A stretch of 64,000 nt of DNA from Macrostomum lignano (taxonomy: Eukaryota), in the NCBI GenBank assembly GCA_002269645.1, contig NIVC01000169.1:124001-188000 (forward strand), given 5' to 3'. The position numbers were made by a program, and so were the translations under genes. The notes below the pieces were generated by a model. It had not been told where the DNA came from and made no database searches. It worked only from the letters and a program-made list of their open reading frames with translations. Position 1 is the first letter of the stretch. Every line of letters begins with the position of its first letter. Positions 62,760 to 64,000 of the stretch are shown in pieces.

Positions 62760-64000
62760 AAGTAGCTTCAGTACGACCAAATGGCCTGCCCGAAGTTTGA
62801 TGGAAGAAGTGCAGCGCCGTCTTTGAATGGCCAGGTTGACGGAGATGCGGCCATCTTAGTCACGGGTAATGGACGTGAGAAGGCGTCGAGTCAGCTCGTT
62901 GTCTTTGGGGCCATGCTTTCCATCGTCCTTCGCGATGCCGAGAACTTCGAGGAGCCGTTGTCGTTGTTGATGTCGAGGTAGGTGTTAGTGACGAGGACCT
63001 GAGAGGTCTTCGAGGACCCGAGGAGGAAGCTGTTGATGCTGTGGGCATCCGTGTCAGTGATAGCATTGTTGAGGATGGCTCCGAAGGGCGTCAAGTAGGC
63101 CGTTAGAATCGGTCAAAGAGCGAGGGCAGGAACGGCAGAGCCGGTGAGTAACTGGTTCACGTCGCCACCGAGAATGATATTGAGGGTACCGTCTGCATCA
63201 TGATCGGGCGGAAGGTTGCAGACGCTGTTGTTGACACTGCTGAAGGTGTTAAGGACATCTTCAGGGAGCTTAACGGCCGGTATATATATCGGGGCTGCTA
63301 GCTGGTCGGAGGCGAGGGCTGCGATTGTCCAGCGACGGCCGTCTGGGGCGTGGAGGTCGAAACTGACGAGGTCCGCAGTAATCTGACGCTTGGACTCCGA
63401 GTGGAAGGTGGGGTGGCTATCGTTAGTCTCTTGGCGGCTTTGAGGCCAAGCTTGTGGGCAACTTTGCCGTCGAGATGCGAGTATGAGCAGCCTGAGTCGA
63501 GAAGAATTGTGCAGTCGACCGAGCGGCATCTTTCGGGTTGACGGCCTTTGCCTGGAAGGTAGCCATGATCGTTGGCACGAGGCCTCCGTCGGCTGCGGGA
63601 CTAGGGAGTTGGCTGTCTCTTTGGAGTCGGCGTCACAACCCGAATTAACGTCGGCGTTTTGGCCTGTCTTAGGCGAGCGATGGCTGGAGCGGGCGCTGTC
63701 AATGGTGGCCTCTGCAGCGAGGTGTGGTGTGTGAGGTCGCCTAAGGCAGTTGCGGCAAAGGTTCTTGGTCCTTACTATTTTAAGCCGGTCATCGGGCTTG
63801 CGGATGTTGCAGAAAAACATGGTTGGTCGGAGCTGTCGCAATAGAGGCATGGGCGGCTGGGCTTATGCTGCTGCTGGTTGGCGGTGGGAACGAAGCATTC
63901 GGAGGGACGAGGCGAGGGTCTGGCGCCCGTGTGAGGAGTGGTGGACTGGCGTCGATCACTGGGGTAGCGCGCTGCTGGCGGCCGAGAGTCAGTGTTGCCC
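62760..64000 (-). mobile_element. Degenerate BEL/Pao LTR retrotransposon fragment (Gag knuckle and protease region), frameshifted
   Basis: RLKIVRTKNLCRNCLRRPH resembles the BEL Gag knuckle, LNIILGGD the protease-end IDILLGAD, and TPFGAIL the T.LGW motif. DGRISVNL/PFKD...LPSNFGQA resembles DGRY.V.LP.K...LP.N. The pieces lie in different frames with stops. Confidence 0.7.

Overview
Eukaryotic (animal) genomic DNA with no prokaryotic features. GC-rich exons, short GT-AG introns and a private minisatellite in most introns suggest a free-living flatworm such as Macrostomum; this is an inference from sequence style only. By hand-splicing I could close the reading frames of seven host genes. They are a class-II DYRK kinase (minus, 12 coding exons, one GC-AG intron), an SLC25A44-like mitochondrial carrier (plus), and a head-to-tail minus-strand run of a secreted acidic-pro/cationic peptide precursor, an SLC43A3-like MFS transporter, an ADAM metalloprotease (14 exons), Rab11 and MLX. 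Mobile DNA includes an intact, very recent Mag-clade Ty3/Gypsy element whose 5-bp target-site duplication is the ADAM splice donor itself (GTAAG). There are also three CORE-type tRNA-SINE copies, a 3.04-kb head-to-tail dimer with Helitron-like ends, MITE-like pieces and a decayed BEL/Pao remnant. Most long ORFs in the supplied track are read-throughs of tandem repeats. The top leads are the splice-donor-targeted LTR insertion, the candidate antimicrobial peptide precursor, and the inverted minisatellite arrays that bracket ADAM exon 2. Exon boundaries come from manual reading and frame closure, not RNA data.
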